This document shows positions 50,229 through 63,800 of a stretch of 64,000 nucleotides of DNA, one piece after another. The notes beneath the pieces are model-generated. The model saw nothing but the letters and a program-made list of their open reading frames with translations. It had not been told where the DNA came from and searched no databases. Within the stretch, counting starts at the first letter, position 1. Each line of letters opens with the position of its first letter. The position numbers were made by a program, and so were the translations under genes. Source of the stretch: Trypanosoma brucei. Lineage: Eukaryota. The stretch covers positions 2,304,001 through 2,368,000 of the forward strand of contig CP000071.1 in the NCBI GenBank assembly GCA_000002445.1. The letters are read 5' to 3'.

Positions 50229-51892
50229 AGCTACTGCTAAGTTTGATGCGACCTTCGCTTCGACGGTTGACGAAGCGATGTGAATAGAGGGGATAAAGCA
50301 GTTATGTATCGTCGAATAGGAGGGTGTAAAAAATGAAACAAAGGTTCAGAGAGAAGGTTATCATAACTAGAGCGGCAGAGGAGTGTCCGTGTTGAAGCGA
50401 GGCAAGTTTGTTTTTCTTTTTTTTTCTTTTTGACTTCCTGAGTGAAGAACAGTTTTGACCGTTTCGCACTTGTTAGACGGCCACGCCCGTGACAAAACGC
50501 TTATCGTAGGGGAAGAAAATAAAAAAATGACAAGACGAAAACGCAGGTAGCAACAAGAGATAGCAAGATGAGATCTGGCGGGAGGGACTTAAAGTTGGAG
50601 AGGTGAAAGGGAATAGAAATGAAGGACATATGCAGAGGCAGAGGTGTTTACGGTCACGTGCCGTTAGAGGAATGGGCTGTGTCGACACATATTTTGCTGT
50701 GAAATTGCTTTTTGCCATCTTGAATGTTTCTTTTTTTTTTCAATTTCGCACCTTTGAGGAAGATGGGATTTGACATACAGACAGGGATGAGTGAGGTGAA
50801 GGGGTTGGGGAAAGGGTCAAGAGGAACCGGTGGTACTGTGTGTTGACCATACTGTTTTTCGTTAAAACGCTTTCATTTCCATTTCCTTTATTTGTGATCG
50901 GCTTCCTCTATCTTGGGAGGATATCATGTCTCTCCATCTTTTTTTTTCTATCTTTTCCTTTCCCTCTTCGACTTTTCATTGTTGACATTTCGTGTGTTTC
51001 TACCCTCTCGCCACAGAACTGAAAATGAGAGGGGTGTATAAATAATAATGGCCTCATATTAAGAGTTTCGCTGAGTGTGTCTGGTGACTGTAGCATATGT
51101 TTGAGTGACATTTGGATATACGTCCTCTGCATACATGATGATTTGACGTGAGAAACTCATCCATGTGTCTCCAGCGTCATTGTAACTTAACTTTCCATCT
51201 GTTGAGTGTTGATGTTGTTGCCATCTTGGTATGTACTTTGTTTATGCGCTTCTTTTTTCCTCTTTCCTCTTTCCCTTTCTCCAATTTTTGTTTTGTATCT
51301 GTGACAGTAGTTTTGCACGTATTTTAGTCACTCAACCAGGTGGTTGTATTTCATATTTCTTCGTTGCGCTTTACTTTGTTGCTTCTTTACGCAAGACCAC
51401 ACGGTTGCACATAACACTTTATTTTTTGTTGTTATTTTGCTTTCCCCCTAACAGAATAAACATACGGGAGAATTAGCGTACGGCAGTTTGTGTGTTTTGG
51501 AGTACGGAGAGGCAAACAAAGGTTGTCCCTCAATTATTTATTGTCATTATTTTTTTATTCTCCTTTTTGCGGGTGGCATCCACCGACTGCGGCTTCGGAA
51601 AAGAGAGGAGGCAGGAGGAGAAAGAAAGTGAGTGTGAGGAGAGGAGCAAAGCAAATAACCGACAGATAGGGGTTGAGGTCGAGCTCTAGGTGTGTTTCGT
51701 AACGAAATCGCCGCGGCCGCTTTCAAGCCGTTGCTGGAAACAAGTTGTCGAAAGGAACGGGGAAGAAAATAGTGTGCGCTTGTTTCTGTACGCAGTAGAG
51801 TGTAGGCATTTATTTATTAATTTGTGGCTGTGAACACTGAAGGGCGACAAAAGAGCCAAAAAGGGATATTTCGCACTCGCGATTTTGCCAAG

Positions 51893-54800
51893 ATGCGTAT
51901 CGAGGTGAAGTTCGCCAGACGGACGATAGTTATATGTCTTGATGACGGTCCTCCGCCACCGCTGCTGCGGGATCTCAAACAGGAACTTTACACCCAAACA
52001 GGTGTACAACCAGCAATGCAGAAACTCTTAGGGAAACCTAAGCTGAATAACCCAGCCAACGACAGCGCATCGCTTGATAGCCTTGGTGTGGGAGACATAA
52101 CAAAACTCATGCTTGTTGGTTCTACAGCTAAAGACATTGTCGCTGCTAACTCTGCTTCAACCGCCGAGGATAGGCGTCAAGAGGAGGTGCATGGGCAAAT
52201 GCTGCACAATGTTGTGCGTAACACATGGTTGACTTGCTCCTTTTCGGGTTTCATGGCGGATCCGTATGTGGGTGGTAAGGGACCGGACTTTGAACACGGC
52301 ACGGTAGAGGCCGCGCTGTTACTGCTTGATGTGGCGGTAACTCGCATTAATACACTTGGTGTTAACAGCATGGCGAGTAATGGGGCTGGTGACGGTAGCA
52401 CTGGAGGTCCTGTGGGTCTTCAGCTGCTGCAGACGATAGGCACTGAGGGACAATCTGCGATATCACATCCACTCCTGCGTCACCTAAACGCTCTGGAACG
52501 ACAAGCCATACAGAGAGCTCATGGTGTGTTGCGCCGCTGCTTTCATTTGACTGTGATGGCGAAAAGCGCGGTGAACCCACCAGAGGTGGTTAAGGTAGTG
52601 GCAAAGGTAGTGTCTATAGTTAACGGCCTAAGTGTCGGGGAATGGGTGATGTTGCCAGGTGGGTGGACGGGGATGAAATCCCATACTGTCATTTACCTCT
52701 TAATCCAGCGTGAGTCAGCGGAGGAATTTAATGTCGTTGTAGTGAACCGCGCCGCGGATGGAAGCGAATATCATCCATCGTGGCAGACACGAGAAAAAAT
52801 TGTGGCTTGTCCTTTCTTGCGTTTTGATCATGTGGCGGGGGCACGGCTGCTTGACCGTGCCTTCTGGTTGTTGTTACTTTCTCTTTGGATGAGAAGCAAC
52901 GCACCCGGTCCACGTTCGGAGTTTGTGCGGGCGGAGGTGTTTTATGATGTTCTACTTCCGTGGCTGGTGGAGCGCCCACCGACTAGAAGCAACCGCCAGA
53001 GCAGTACGGTCAGTAGTGGTTCACTGCGTTCCGCTACAGAGATGATTTTAAGATCCTCTTCAAATGAGGGCGTAGACGCAGCAGAGGCTGAGGGAAGCGG
53101 CAGCCAGACAACCCTTCCCAGCGCTGTTCAAAGCTACGGGGCCACTGTGGCACGCAATTGCTCTGGAAGTATTAAGGGAGCAGTCACGTCACTTTTATAT
53201 CTTCTCGAGCAGTATGGCATGAAGGAGAGGGCTGTGCAAAAATCTGTGAAGTATGCACTAAAGTATGAATTTATGATGAGGGCGGCAGAGGATTTGGCTG
53301 CCCTCGCCGACCGCTTTCTTAAGAGTGCTGGAAACTGGGAGGGTAGCGATACCGGCGAAAGGCAAGGTCTAACGACCGATAAGAATTTCGAATGTTCACG
53401 CGTTGAGCGGGCTTTGAATGAGTTGCGTTCGGCTGGCGTAGGTCATACGGTGTCACCTATCAGCACCAAGGAATTATTCCGCACTGCACACGAGAAAAAT
53501 ATAATATTTACGAACGACAAGAACATTATTCTGAGCCAGGAACATTTCTCAAACAAACCACTTCTTGTCTACTGCGGAGGGCTGCAGGACCCCGCCTCGG
53601 CCAGGTTTTCCACACTCCTCGCTGAAGCGGTCGATCAGTTCCGCCTCTCCTCACCTCAGGTCGAGCTGTTGTTTCTCAGCTGTGATGACACAAAAGAGAG
53701 GTACGAGCGGCACATCGCCATGTTTTCGTTCGCTCGTGCCGCTTACCCCTGCGATGTGCTCGTGAGGAAATTGTACGTAACAGAAGTTCCCAAATTGTTG
53801 CTTTTTGGGCCGGATGGTCGGCTGCTGCACCGGCGCGGTGTCGACGCACTCCGTGCCGATCCGTCAGCAACGTTGTTTCCGCATGGTGGCTTGTGGAACG
53901 GCGCGATGCCGTTGACTGCAACAGACGTCGCTATTCTGAAAAGCGGTGCTGCTGTGCTCGCTCACCACACACGGAAGCGGCTTGCCATAACCAACAGCGC
54001 GATTTCTGAGAGGGATGGCTTCATTCCAGTTGGTGAAGCCAGACGCGTGTTACGGATTCTTTCTGCGGTGTGCACCATGGTGGAGCTGATTCCGAAGGAA
54101 CCAAACATAGCGGAGGGCTTTTTAATACAGAACACGACAAAAAATGATGTACATAATAACATGATTGAGGGTGTTGCTACTCCCCAGACTCAGAAGGACG
54201 CTGCTCTGGTTGGCCAACTGTTCACTCTGTCAGATATTGTTGAAGGGAATAATAGTGGCGGTGGAGACAGCAGCGGCTGTGGTGGAAGTTGCGGTCGCCA
54301 TGAGTGCGGGGTGCCGATGGAGGCGGTTGCATTTCTTAACGGGAGCCTCTTGCCTGCAACATCAACAGAGGCGTACAAAGGTCAGCCGCTCCGAACAGCC
54401 GTTCCCGAGGTGCAAAGCCTTACCGACCTGAGGCCCGTTACAAGTTGGGCGCAGCTCCATTTCACGTTGAAGCGTGCGGAGGCCATCATTGACGCTTTAT
54501 GGTTGCGGGCACGCCACAGCGGTACCACCTCGCGCGTAGCGATTCAAATGCACATTATTGAGGTTATTTCTTGGCTCTTTTTGTTTATTATACCACTTCC
54601 GCTACCTCGCGGTATGGACGTGCGCAGCGTGCCCGAAGAAGAGAGGAGTACAGTTGCTGAGTTTTATACAGTGGACGCCTTCCCATCGGCACCAACAGGG
54701 GATGGCTCCGGCGCGAACGGTGGTCGTGCAACAGATGTGCAGGGTGGATTGCAGGAGTCCATCTATTCGCTCATGCTTTCGTTCACTAACGCCTGGCAGG

Positions 54801-57800
54801 CGGTTGAGGTGCCGACACGTGCTTTTGATGCTGAGCGAGGCATAACGGCAATGGAAATGCTTGTCGTATATGATGCGGTTGCTCGGCACACCGCAAATAG
54901 TGCCAGTAGTGTTAATAGTAGATTACTTGCTTCAATGTTAAACTGCGACGGCGGTTACTATCTTTCGACTTCCATGGGGGGGCGGAGTCTTAGTTTTGCT
55001 CAGGTAAGCGCTTCCATGGAGCTGGTTCGGCCGCAGATGTTGATTCGGCGGTCTGCCCTCCTGCGGTACATAACGGAACAACAGCGAAGGTGCGCACATG
55101 AATTGTTTGACCTCCCTATGACAGATAAGTTAGAGGTGCGGAAAAACAGCGTCACAGTGGGGTTCCTTCGTAAGTTGCTTGACAACTGCGGATATCGTCT
55201 GGCGGAAACGAGTGGTCCGTCGATGTTCACAGCTGCTGGTGGTAGCGGGGGAAGTGAGATGGAACAGTTAATGCAGTGGTTTTGTAGTGCACGGAGTCCG
55301 CTCGCGAGAGATCATCCAGAGTTTGGTCAGCTTCGGGACATGGTGCTGCTTACCAAGTTCCTTGTCACTATGGAGATGCGCGACGCACAGTTGCTTAGAC
55401 GCCGCCGTCAGCCCGACGGGGATGGTGGTGGAAGGGGCGCGACGACGTGGCGGCTTACATTTGATGCGGACACGCCAGGATCGCAAATGAGTGCTGGTTG
55501 GCGTACGAAGCCAATGCCACCGCACTGGGAGTGTATGCTCGTGCGTGGTCGTGACAGTGACATAGCAGATATTGTTGTGACTGGGTTCGGAGGTCGTGAA
55601 CTTTTATATGGTGAGGGTTTGGTGCTCCATTCCCCGATTGACGTTGGCGTCATGCTGGGGATTGAAAGCGCAACGGAGGACGATGTGTTACACGCGGTTG
55701 CTTCAAAGTTGCCCACATTTGGAGGTGCGATGAGCGCTGAAGAGTCCGAGGTTCTACTTTCATGCCTCACCGCACCGTATCTCAGACTACCACTCGTACT
55801 GAATTTCTTTGCTTCACAAAGCCACCACACATATCTCTTTAATGCGGCGGTGCAGAGCCTCTTTCGAGCGGCTCTTTTTGAACCTGGGGCATTTACCACT
55901 CAGCAGCAGCAGAGCCAGTTAGAGCCAGAGCTTGTGCCGATGCGACTGAACAGGAGGCAACGTGAGGAAATTGAGCAAAGGCGACTCATCGGAGACCTTT
56001 CGGCTGTGAACTATGAAGCGTGCCTCGGCACGCCATATGGACTTCTATTGAATGAGTTGCAGCACAGCCCAGATGCCGTGTTGGTTCCTTTGCACCGTAT
56101 TCTTGTGGGTATAGAAGATATTGGACCATCCTCTGTTTACAGCGCCAACGCTTCCTACGTGCTCTTCATTGTTGGTGTTGTGTGCGATGTGCTCGCGTTT
56201 TGCAACCTTGCGCGGGAATTGCGGGATCGAGAGCTTTCCGGCGACGGAGCGGCACCAGGGGCGGTGAGAGATGTGCTCACATCCTTCGTTACAACTGTGC
56301 TTCAGTTTCTTGTCGAAATTGTTAGACCTATGTTGTTACTGTGGTGCACGGAGGGTGAAGAGAATGACGACACACCAACACAATGCGTTGTTCACAGCTA
56401 TATGGCCTCCATACATCGTGCTGCATGGAAATATATAGTGCCAACGACCTCATCAAACTCACCGTTATCACCGACGGCCCTTTCGTCATCGAATCACTTA
56501 ACTTCCCTGCTACAGTCGTGTTGTTTCGTTCGAGCGCGGCACAGCTTTGGCCTGGGGATGCAACGCACGCAGGTTGCGATGCAGGAGGGTGACAAGCTGC
56601 TGACACCAAGGGAACAGTTGTTGCGTTTCCTGCAGGCACAGGGACTTGATACGGCGGATATTTCACATGATGCACTTGAAGAGAGCCAGCGGCTTATGTT
56701 GAGTGGGGGGCGTAGGCGAGCTGTTTTTGTGCAAATCCGTAGCGCATACCACAGGGACACCATTCGAGTACCGAATTTATACCGCAGTGACGCACGCAAT
56801 ACGACCGAGTCCAAGCAGCTAAAACTACCACCAGCAGATGTGCCCGAGAATGTTATATTCGGCTACTTGTTGGAGGACCACAAGGACGTGTTGCATTTCT
56901 TTTCTTCTATTGGTGCCGAACAGATGTCAGTTGTGTTTAAACTCATTGTTCACACTGTCCTTCGTGATCATACCCAGGGACGTGGTAGCCGGCGCATGGA
57001 AGAGAAGAAAGTACGCAGTAACAATTGCGAAAATGCGGTTGGCACTGAAGGCAACGCGGAAGTAAGTGGGGGCATTGCGCCAACACCAACGTTCCCTCGC
57101 CATGGTACCAAAAATGAAGTTGTGCCACAGCCGGTAAATGAGGATCATGCGGAACTTTCCGCGGTTTCTGTGGTCCGTGGAGGCGATGGCCACTTGGGTG
57201 AATCATGGAAACAGACTTCACCGGGTGTGTACCGCGGGCCAGTGTCAACAGGTCTTGTTTTTCATGCCCATACGTGCGAACTCTTTTGGCGGAATGACGA
57301 GCTGAAGCCCGTGCCCGACAGTATGTCACATTTCAGTGACTTCAAGACCATAATTGGTAACGATGTGCTGCAGTGCGGTCTCGTGAGCCGTAGTCGTAAC
57401 TACCATTGGGTGCACATCGTAGGCACTCCTTTTGACGTGGTGGAATGGACCCCACACGACCCACTCGATCAGGGTGTAGGCGCGCCTCTGGTGCTTTCAG
57501 GCGAACTGCCTAAAGAACCCGTCACTTCTGCCAGTTTTGACGGTCTGATGTTCAACCGCCCTGTTGATGTTTATGATGAGGTGCCATGGCTGAACCAGTC
57601 TGAGCGCTGGGCGGTGGATCTTCTGCGTGCGGTCCTTCGGTATAAGTATTCTGCGAACGACATGAAATACTTTCCCGTTGCTCAAGCTGAGAGCCCATCC
57701 GCGCCGCTCCATCAAAATAATGACGGAAAGGAGGTCCGTAAGGGCAAGGGTGATGGGGTCAGGGTCATGCGCTTTATTATGAACGATGGTCCCCAGTATA

Positions 57801-60800
57801 CAGATGAAGATAACCGCGCAACATGGAAGGAAATAGTCGCTTACCGCCTGCCGAGCCCACACCTGCATGTATTCAACCTTGTGCCCCATGCGCGACGTGT
57901 ATACCGCTCACTGGTGTTTACATCAAACCAGCGTTGGTGCCTTCACAGTTTGCCCCCAATCACTGGGCCGCGGCCACACGATCAATTACATTTGCTAGCG
58001 TTTCAAGCGGGCGAGTTGGACCGACGTGTGCAATGCGAAGGTTCCATTGAAATTCATCGCTATAACAGCGAACTTGGCATGCGCGAAATGTACGTTCCGG
58101 CCCAGTTGCTACAAGGCGTCTTGCCCAGTGTTTTGCTCGAGGTGTTTCTTTTCTGGCAGGATGAGGAGGATAATATTCGCGGTTACTCCACAGCTGACGC
58201 CCAAGACTACTGGTTCAACTACACGTTGTTTGTACGGCTACGCAGCGGCAAGGGTGTGGGCGCAAAGGGTGGTATCCTGCATAACTTCCGCGGGGGTGAA
58301 TGGGAGTGCGTCGTTACCCGACGCAATAACACCCAGAAGTACTGTGCGAATGCCAGAAAGCGGCCGCGGAGCCGAAGCACAGCCGCAAGTGAAGTCGACG
58401 GAAAGCACCAGAAACAACTGTCGCCACAATGGGAAAATGAGGAAGAGGCAGGGACGGCTGCCGCGGAACAGCATATTACGGACGCACAGGTGTCACTAAT
58501 GCACAGCAGCCTGACGTTTCTCACAGCCACCGCCTGTCGAACTCTCCTCCAGCGGACAAAGGGCGACATCCATAGTGCTATTTCATATGCTCTTGACCCT
58601 GCCAATCAGGATGACGTTATGCTGCTTGTGAGCACGGAGCAACGTAAAGAAAGTGAAAGTGAGGGCGATGAGGAAGAGACGGAACAGCCGTGTATATCAA
58701 AAGAACGCCGACATCGGGGACATAGCGGGAACAATGCGGGGGAAGAGCTTACGCTCCTCAACCTCACGCAGAGTGCGAGGCTCTTCCCTCTTCTGCACCT
58801 GCTTACAAGACTAGAAGATTGCTCCCACATTTTGTTATGGGGCCGCGTTAACTCGAAGGACGGCTCCTCTCGGCGTTGCCAACGGGGACGAGAGGACCGG
58901 CGGAGATGCGAGGAGAATGAGGAGGAGGGCATTGACAAGTGTTCTGTGGCTGATGTCGTGTTGATTGAGCTCCCACGGCTGTGTATAACATTCTACCCTC
59001 ACGTTGACACCGCCACTGGGAGCCTCCGTTTGCACCTTGCCGACCACCCTGGCTGGTACATTGCAGAGGCGACAGATTATATTAGTGGCGTGCAAAACTT
59101 CCTTCCACAGCTTCAGGAGCCATTTCAGCAATACGTGACTCTTTGTAACAGCACAGCTGGCTTTGCTCTAATGGTACCAAACCACGACTTCACTCCAATG
59201 GTAGTGAGTGACGACCCTTTCAACAAGCTACTTCTATTCGATCGCTCATCGTTGCGGTGGAAGGAGCGTGTTGCGTCAACTTTCTACCTTTACACGGTTC
59301 ACCCCTGCAGGAGTTTCCTTGTACCACCCAGTCTCGCCGCGTCGCTTTATTATGTCGTACTGCAGTGCGCTACAGGCCATTACGCGGCTGCCATGCGCAC
59401 TTTGGAGTCGTGCTATACTGACAGTACATTCACAACTGAAGAGTGTTTTATGTTTACACTTATGGGCAGAACGCTGGACGATCAGCATCCCGATGCCCAT
59501 GCGGTACGACTCAAGCTGGCTCATGCTGTATTGTACGGTCCACAGAAACCCCAATGGCCGTTACACACCGAAGTTGCTGCATATCTTCAGAAGAAGCGGC
59601 ATGTCTCTCGTGCGTGTCAGCTCACACGGGAAGAGTTAATCGATTTGATGCGCCGCTGCAACAGATCCTTGCCAATTGTGCACGCGCAGTTGCAACTGTG
59701 GGCAGCCCTAGAGAAAGAGGAAGAGAAACTGCGGTTATCGAATGACACCGACGCTGACACTAACGTTGTTCCCTCCCCAGAGACGGTTGTGCGCTTGGAC
59801 ACGCCTCTTATGCATCGCTGCGGGCAGCCATGGGAGCGTTTGTTATTATATCAGTGGACACACATTTCTTCTCAGAGGCCTCGGCGTATAACTTATAAGG
59901 TCCTGGACGAGAAGGCACTAGAAGATGAAGAGCTGGTAAAGTTCATATGGAAGGATACCCTTCTTTCAGACGAGGAGAGTGGGGGCAACAGCAGACTGGG
60001 GTTTTATTTCTTGTACTCCCTTAAACAAGGCGGAACCGCGCAGCCTAAACTTGCTGGTGAGGATGTGCGTGTAACTTTATGCCAACTACTGACTCGTTGG
60101 TTTCACCTACGGCACTCCCGTTGGGGACGGGAGGAGCAACAAGATGGCGAAGCAGAGTCGCGTCCGTCGTGGTGTGGGGCTGTGCTACAGTTGATGGACA
60201 TTCACCCTGAGGCGGGATGGCCGGCGCCACCAAACTCCAGGCATTTACTTCACCGCATGAATAATGGTGTGAGCGTGGTCGAAACCAGAGAAGTGGATGA
60301 ATCAGAGTCGGTTGTGGCGCTGATGGACAGACCGTCACCGGAGCTCGTGGAGTTTTACCGCAAGGTAGAACAGGTAGCGTGTAATTTGCATGGGAACAGC
60401 CAGGTCGTACAGCAGCGGCGTGGGGACCTACTACTTAGCATAGCAGTAACCTCGGCGAGAAGAGTTGCTCACGTTCACATGAGAGACCACCTGCAACCTC
60501 GTATCGTCCCCTCTAACACTGCTATGGAATGCCTTCAGGTTTCATTTGGCTCTTTACTATCAGCAGTGCCGAATGTATCACGTGACGATGGGGTGGGTAA
60601 GGATGCGGAGGAGGAGCATGATAAGTTGATGAGTGCCGGCAACCCGTGGTATCGACGGCTGACGGCTCTCTTTGGCGCCCCACTTAGTGATATGCCCTGC
60701 AGTGCCCATTTAATTTGTACCGAACAGCTGACGCACGAAGATGACCCCGGCGACGGACGTTGTGGCGATTGCTTACCCCAGCTTCCTTTCGATCTTCGTA

Positions 60801-63800
60801 AGCTCCCACGGTGCAACACCCCTTTGGCAAAGAACATGCTCGATCGTCTTGAGGCCGATGTTGGTAATTTTGCAATGAAGCAGCGCCAGTGCTTGTCAAG
60901 AACCCTAACTGCGTTCTCGCAGGAGAGACTATACGCCATTTTGCGCAGTCGCTCCACAATCTTTGCTACCCGTCAAGTTTACGCGGAGGTGACTTGTGAG
61001 CTTCAACGGTGCATTGATGAGCTGTCCGCGTTGGCTGCTAGTGACGAAGCGCTCGTGCATGAACTCACTGCTTCTATACTACACTCCGCCAACGACGTGT
61101 GTAGATCTGACTGTGCAGACGAGGATGCACCTGGTGACGAAGAGGATTTGCTCCGTGCGTGCGATTACCAGCTACAGCGTATAAAGGGTGACCAGTGCCC
61201 AGTCCCCTTAGAGTGGTTGCTCTGTTCGCTATTAAGTACTGAAATGGATGCTGATCTGCAAGCGGTCAACCCATTTCATGGCGGCACGAAACTGTTGCAG
61301 GCGCAGTTACTTCTCCTCACGGTGCTGACCAATCGTTGTCATATTGCGCAACAAGCGAAGCAAGCGGTCAGACAAGTGGTGCTGTTCCTCGAACTCTGCG
61401 CGCTGCTCAGAGGCATGGACGACGGGTGCAAGTATGAGGCTTCAGCAACAAGGTCTTTCCCAGTATCGCATTGCGGTGATGACATGGGAGTGATGGAGTG
61501 TCACGACGCTTCAATATCGTGGTTGCAGGAGTTGCTGCAACTTTTTTCTATCGGGGTGGATGTTGACATGTTGTTTAAGGGTGAAGGTCAGTCCACAGAT
61601 GGCAACCTCCAGCTCAACAAAGGCAGCAACACCAGCAGTCACAATGGTTTGTGTTGCCGCTGCCTGCCTGAAGATTTGCTGCAGGTGCTAGAGAGCCGTC
61701 TGCAGCATCTATCGAATGAAGTTATCGAAGCGCTGACAGTGAGGCGCTACTGCACTGATCTTTCGTGCGATGGTTGTGGTGACTCCTCCACTGTTGTGAC
61801 ACTCGACCCGCGATACCTAATGTTTGAGTTCATTCACAACATTTTGCTTCGAGCACGACAGGTGGAGATGGTGCGTTGGTTTGTACAGAACATTAATGCT
61901 GGGGTGTCACGGGTTCAGCAGATGATTATGGGCCAAGGGAAAACCACAGTCGTTGGTCCCCTGCTTGCTCTGATTCTTGCTGATGGACAGCAGCTTGTCA
62001 CGCAGGTTATGCCAACGGCGCTGCTAGAGCAAACCAGCGTTATTCTTCGACGGTGTTTTAGCGTAGTAATACCTAAACAGATTTACACTCTGAAGTTTGA
62101 CCGCTCCTTCGATGACAGTGATAGCAGCCAAGTGAACTTGCTGAAGCAGAAGCTCACGGCAGCTACCCGAAAGCGAGGCATTCTCATTTCTGCTCCAGAG
62201 TGTGTCAAATCGGTATTTTTAAAGATGATTGAGCAACTCCACTTGGTTGAATCTGTAATGACAGAGTATATCGATGCAGAAGATGGGAAAGTGGCCGCGT
62301 GCGATACGGCCGATGAGCGTGTCGCCGTCCGAAAACAGGAGCTTATGCACCGTACAAGACAACGTTCCTCCATGGCTGATGCTATCGTTCCCATCCTGCA
62401 GCTGTGGCAACGTGGGGTTCTTATAATGGATGAGGTGGACGTTCTTCTTCACCCACTCCGGTCGGAACTTAACTTTCCCATTGGTTTAAAGCACCCCATT
62501 GAACTTAGTGGCCCACGCTGGGTTCTTCCCATGCATTTACTTGACGCCATATTTTTTTACCAGAGAAGACGTACAACGACTGCGGACGGAGACGCGCATG
62601 GGGCCTTCGGGGACGGACACGTCAAGGCAACCGCCATCAGGTTAGAGGGTCATCCTGCAGGTGTAGGGGAGGACGTGCAAAATGAAATTCTTGGCCGCAT
62701 TTGTGATGTTATTGCTATGGGTTATGAGACTCGAGCACTGCAGAGGGAACCGCATCTTGTGCTTCTTGATAGTCTATATTACAATGATCAACTCCTTCCC
62801 GCGTTGCTCCCTTGGGCGCAACTGTGGTTATACAGACATTTTCAACTCGAGAAGCATGCTTGTTTGCTGGGTCACGCTACGGGGCTCGCTGCGTCGTTAG
62901 GATGGCGCCAGTTCTTGGAGATTACAACATTGTTTTTAAAGTTGAGGGAGCGACCTTCAAGGGACAGTTCAATTGCATGCGTCATTAACTCCACATTCAG
63001 CCCATTGGGCATACAACTACTTTGCCTCTCACACGACTGGCTTCATCGTATCATGCCGCATGTGCTCTCGAAGATCGACCGTGTGGGCTTCGGTCTGCTC
63101 CAGGAGCGGGAATTGGCGTTACTGTCATCAGAAGCACGTGACCGAATGCCGCTTAGCCGACGGACGATGGCCGTGCCATTCGTCGCCAAAGATGTCCCAA
63201 GCCTTAGCTCCGAGTTTGCCCACCCCGACGTAGTGATTGGATTGACAGTATTGGCATATCGTTACGAGGGCATGCGCTTTGCTGACATGAGGGATTTGCT
63301 GTTGCAACTAAAACAGGACTTCGTCCGGCAGTCCGGGCCCGAGGATCACCGGCCGGCGGCAAAACTGTATACGCAATGGTTGCGGCTCAGTCTGAGTTGC
63401 TCTGCTGAAACCGAGCCGACCTCACACGGGGGAGGAATACTGCCTCGAGTAGTGCCGTCTGAAATCACAACCATGGGAACTACATGTGTTGAAGCCACGA
63501 ATGATCGATCTGGTATTCCCCTATCTCAGCTTCAGGTAACAGATGAGGTAGCACTTCATGCATTGTACCTGCGTTTACGACGTCTGCCGGATGTGATTCA
63601 CTACTACCTTTCTTCACACATATTCCCGAGAACTATGAGCTTTCAAGCGTTGAAGATAAGTGCCTGTGGGCATGAGCTTGGTTCCTCCATGCTATTCACC
63701 CGCCGCATTGGTTTCAGCGGAACACCTAGCAACTTACTGCCGCTTGATCTCGGTGATTGTTTCTATGAACCTGGGAGCGATGGACGCGTGTTGTCTGTTT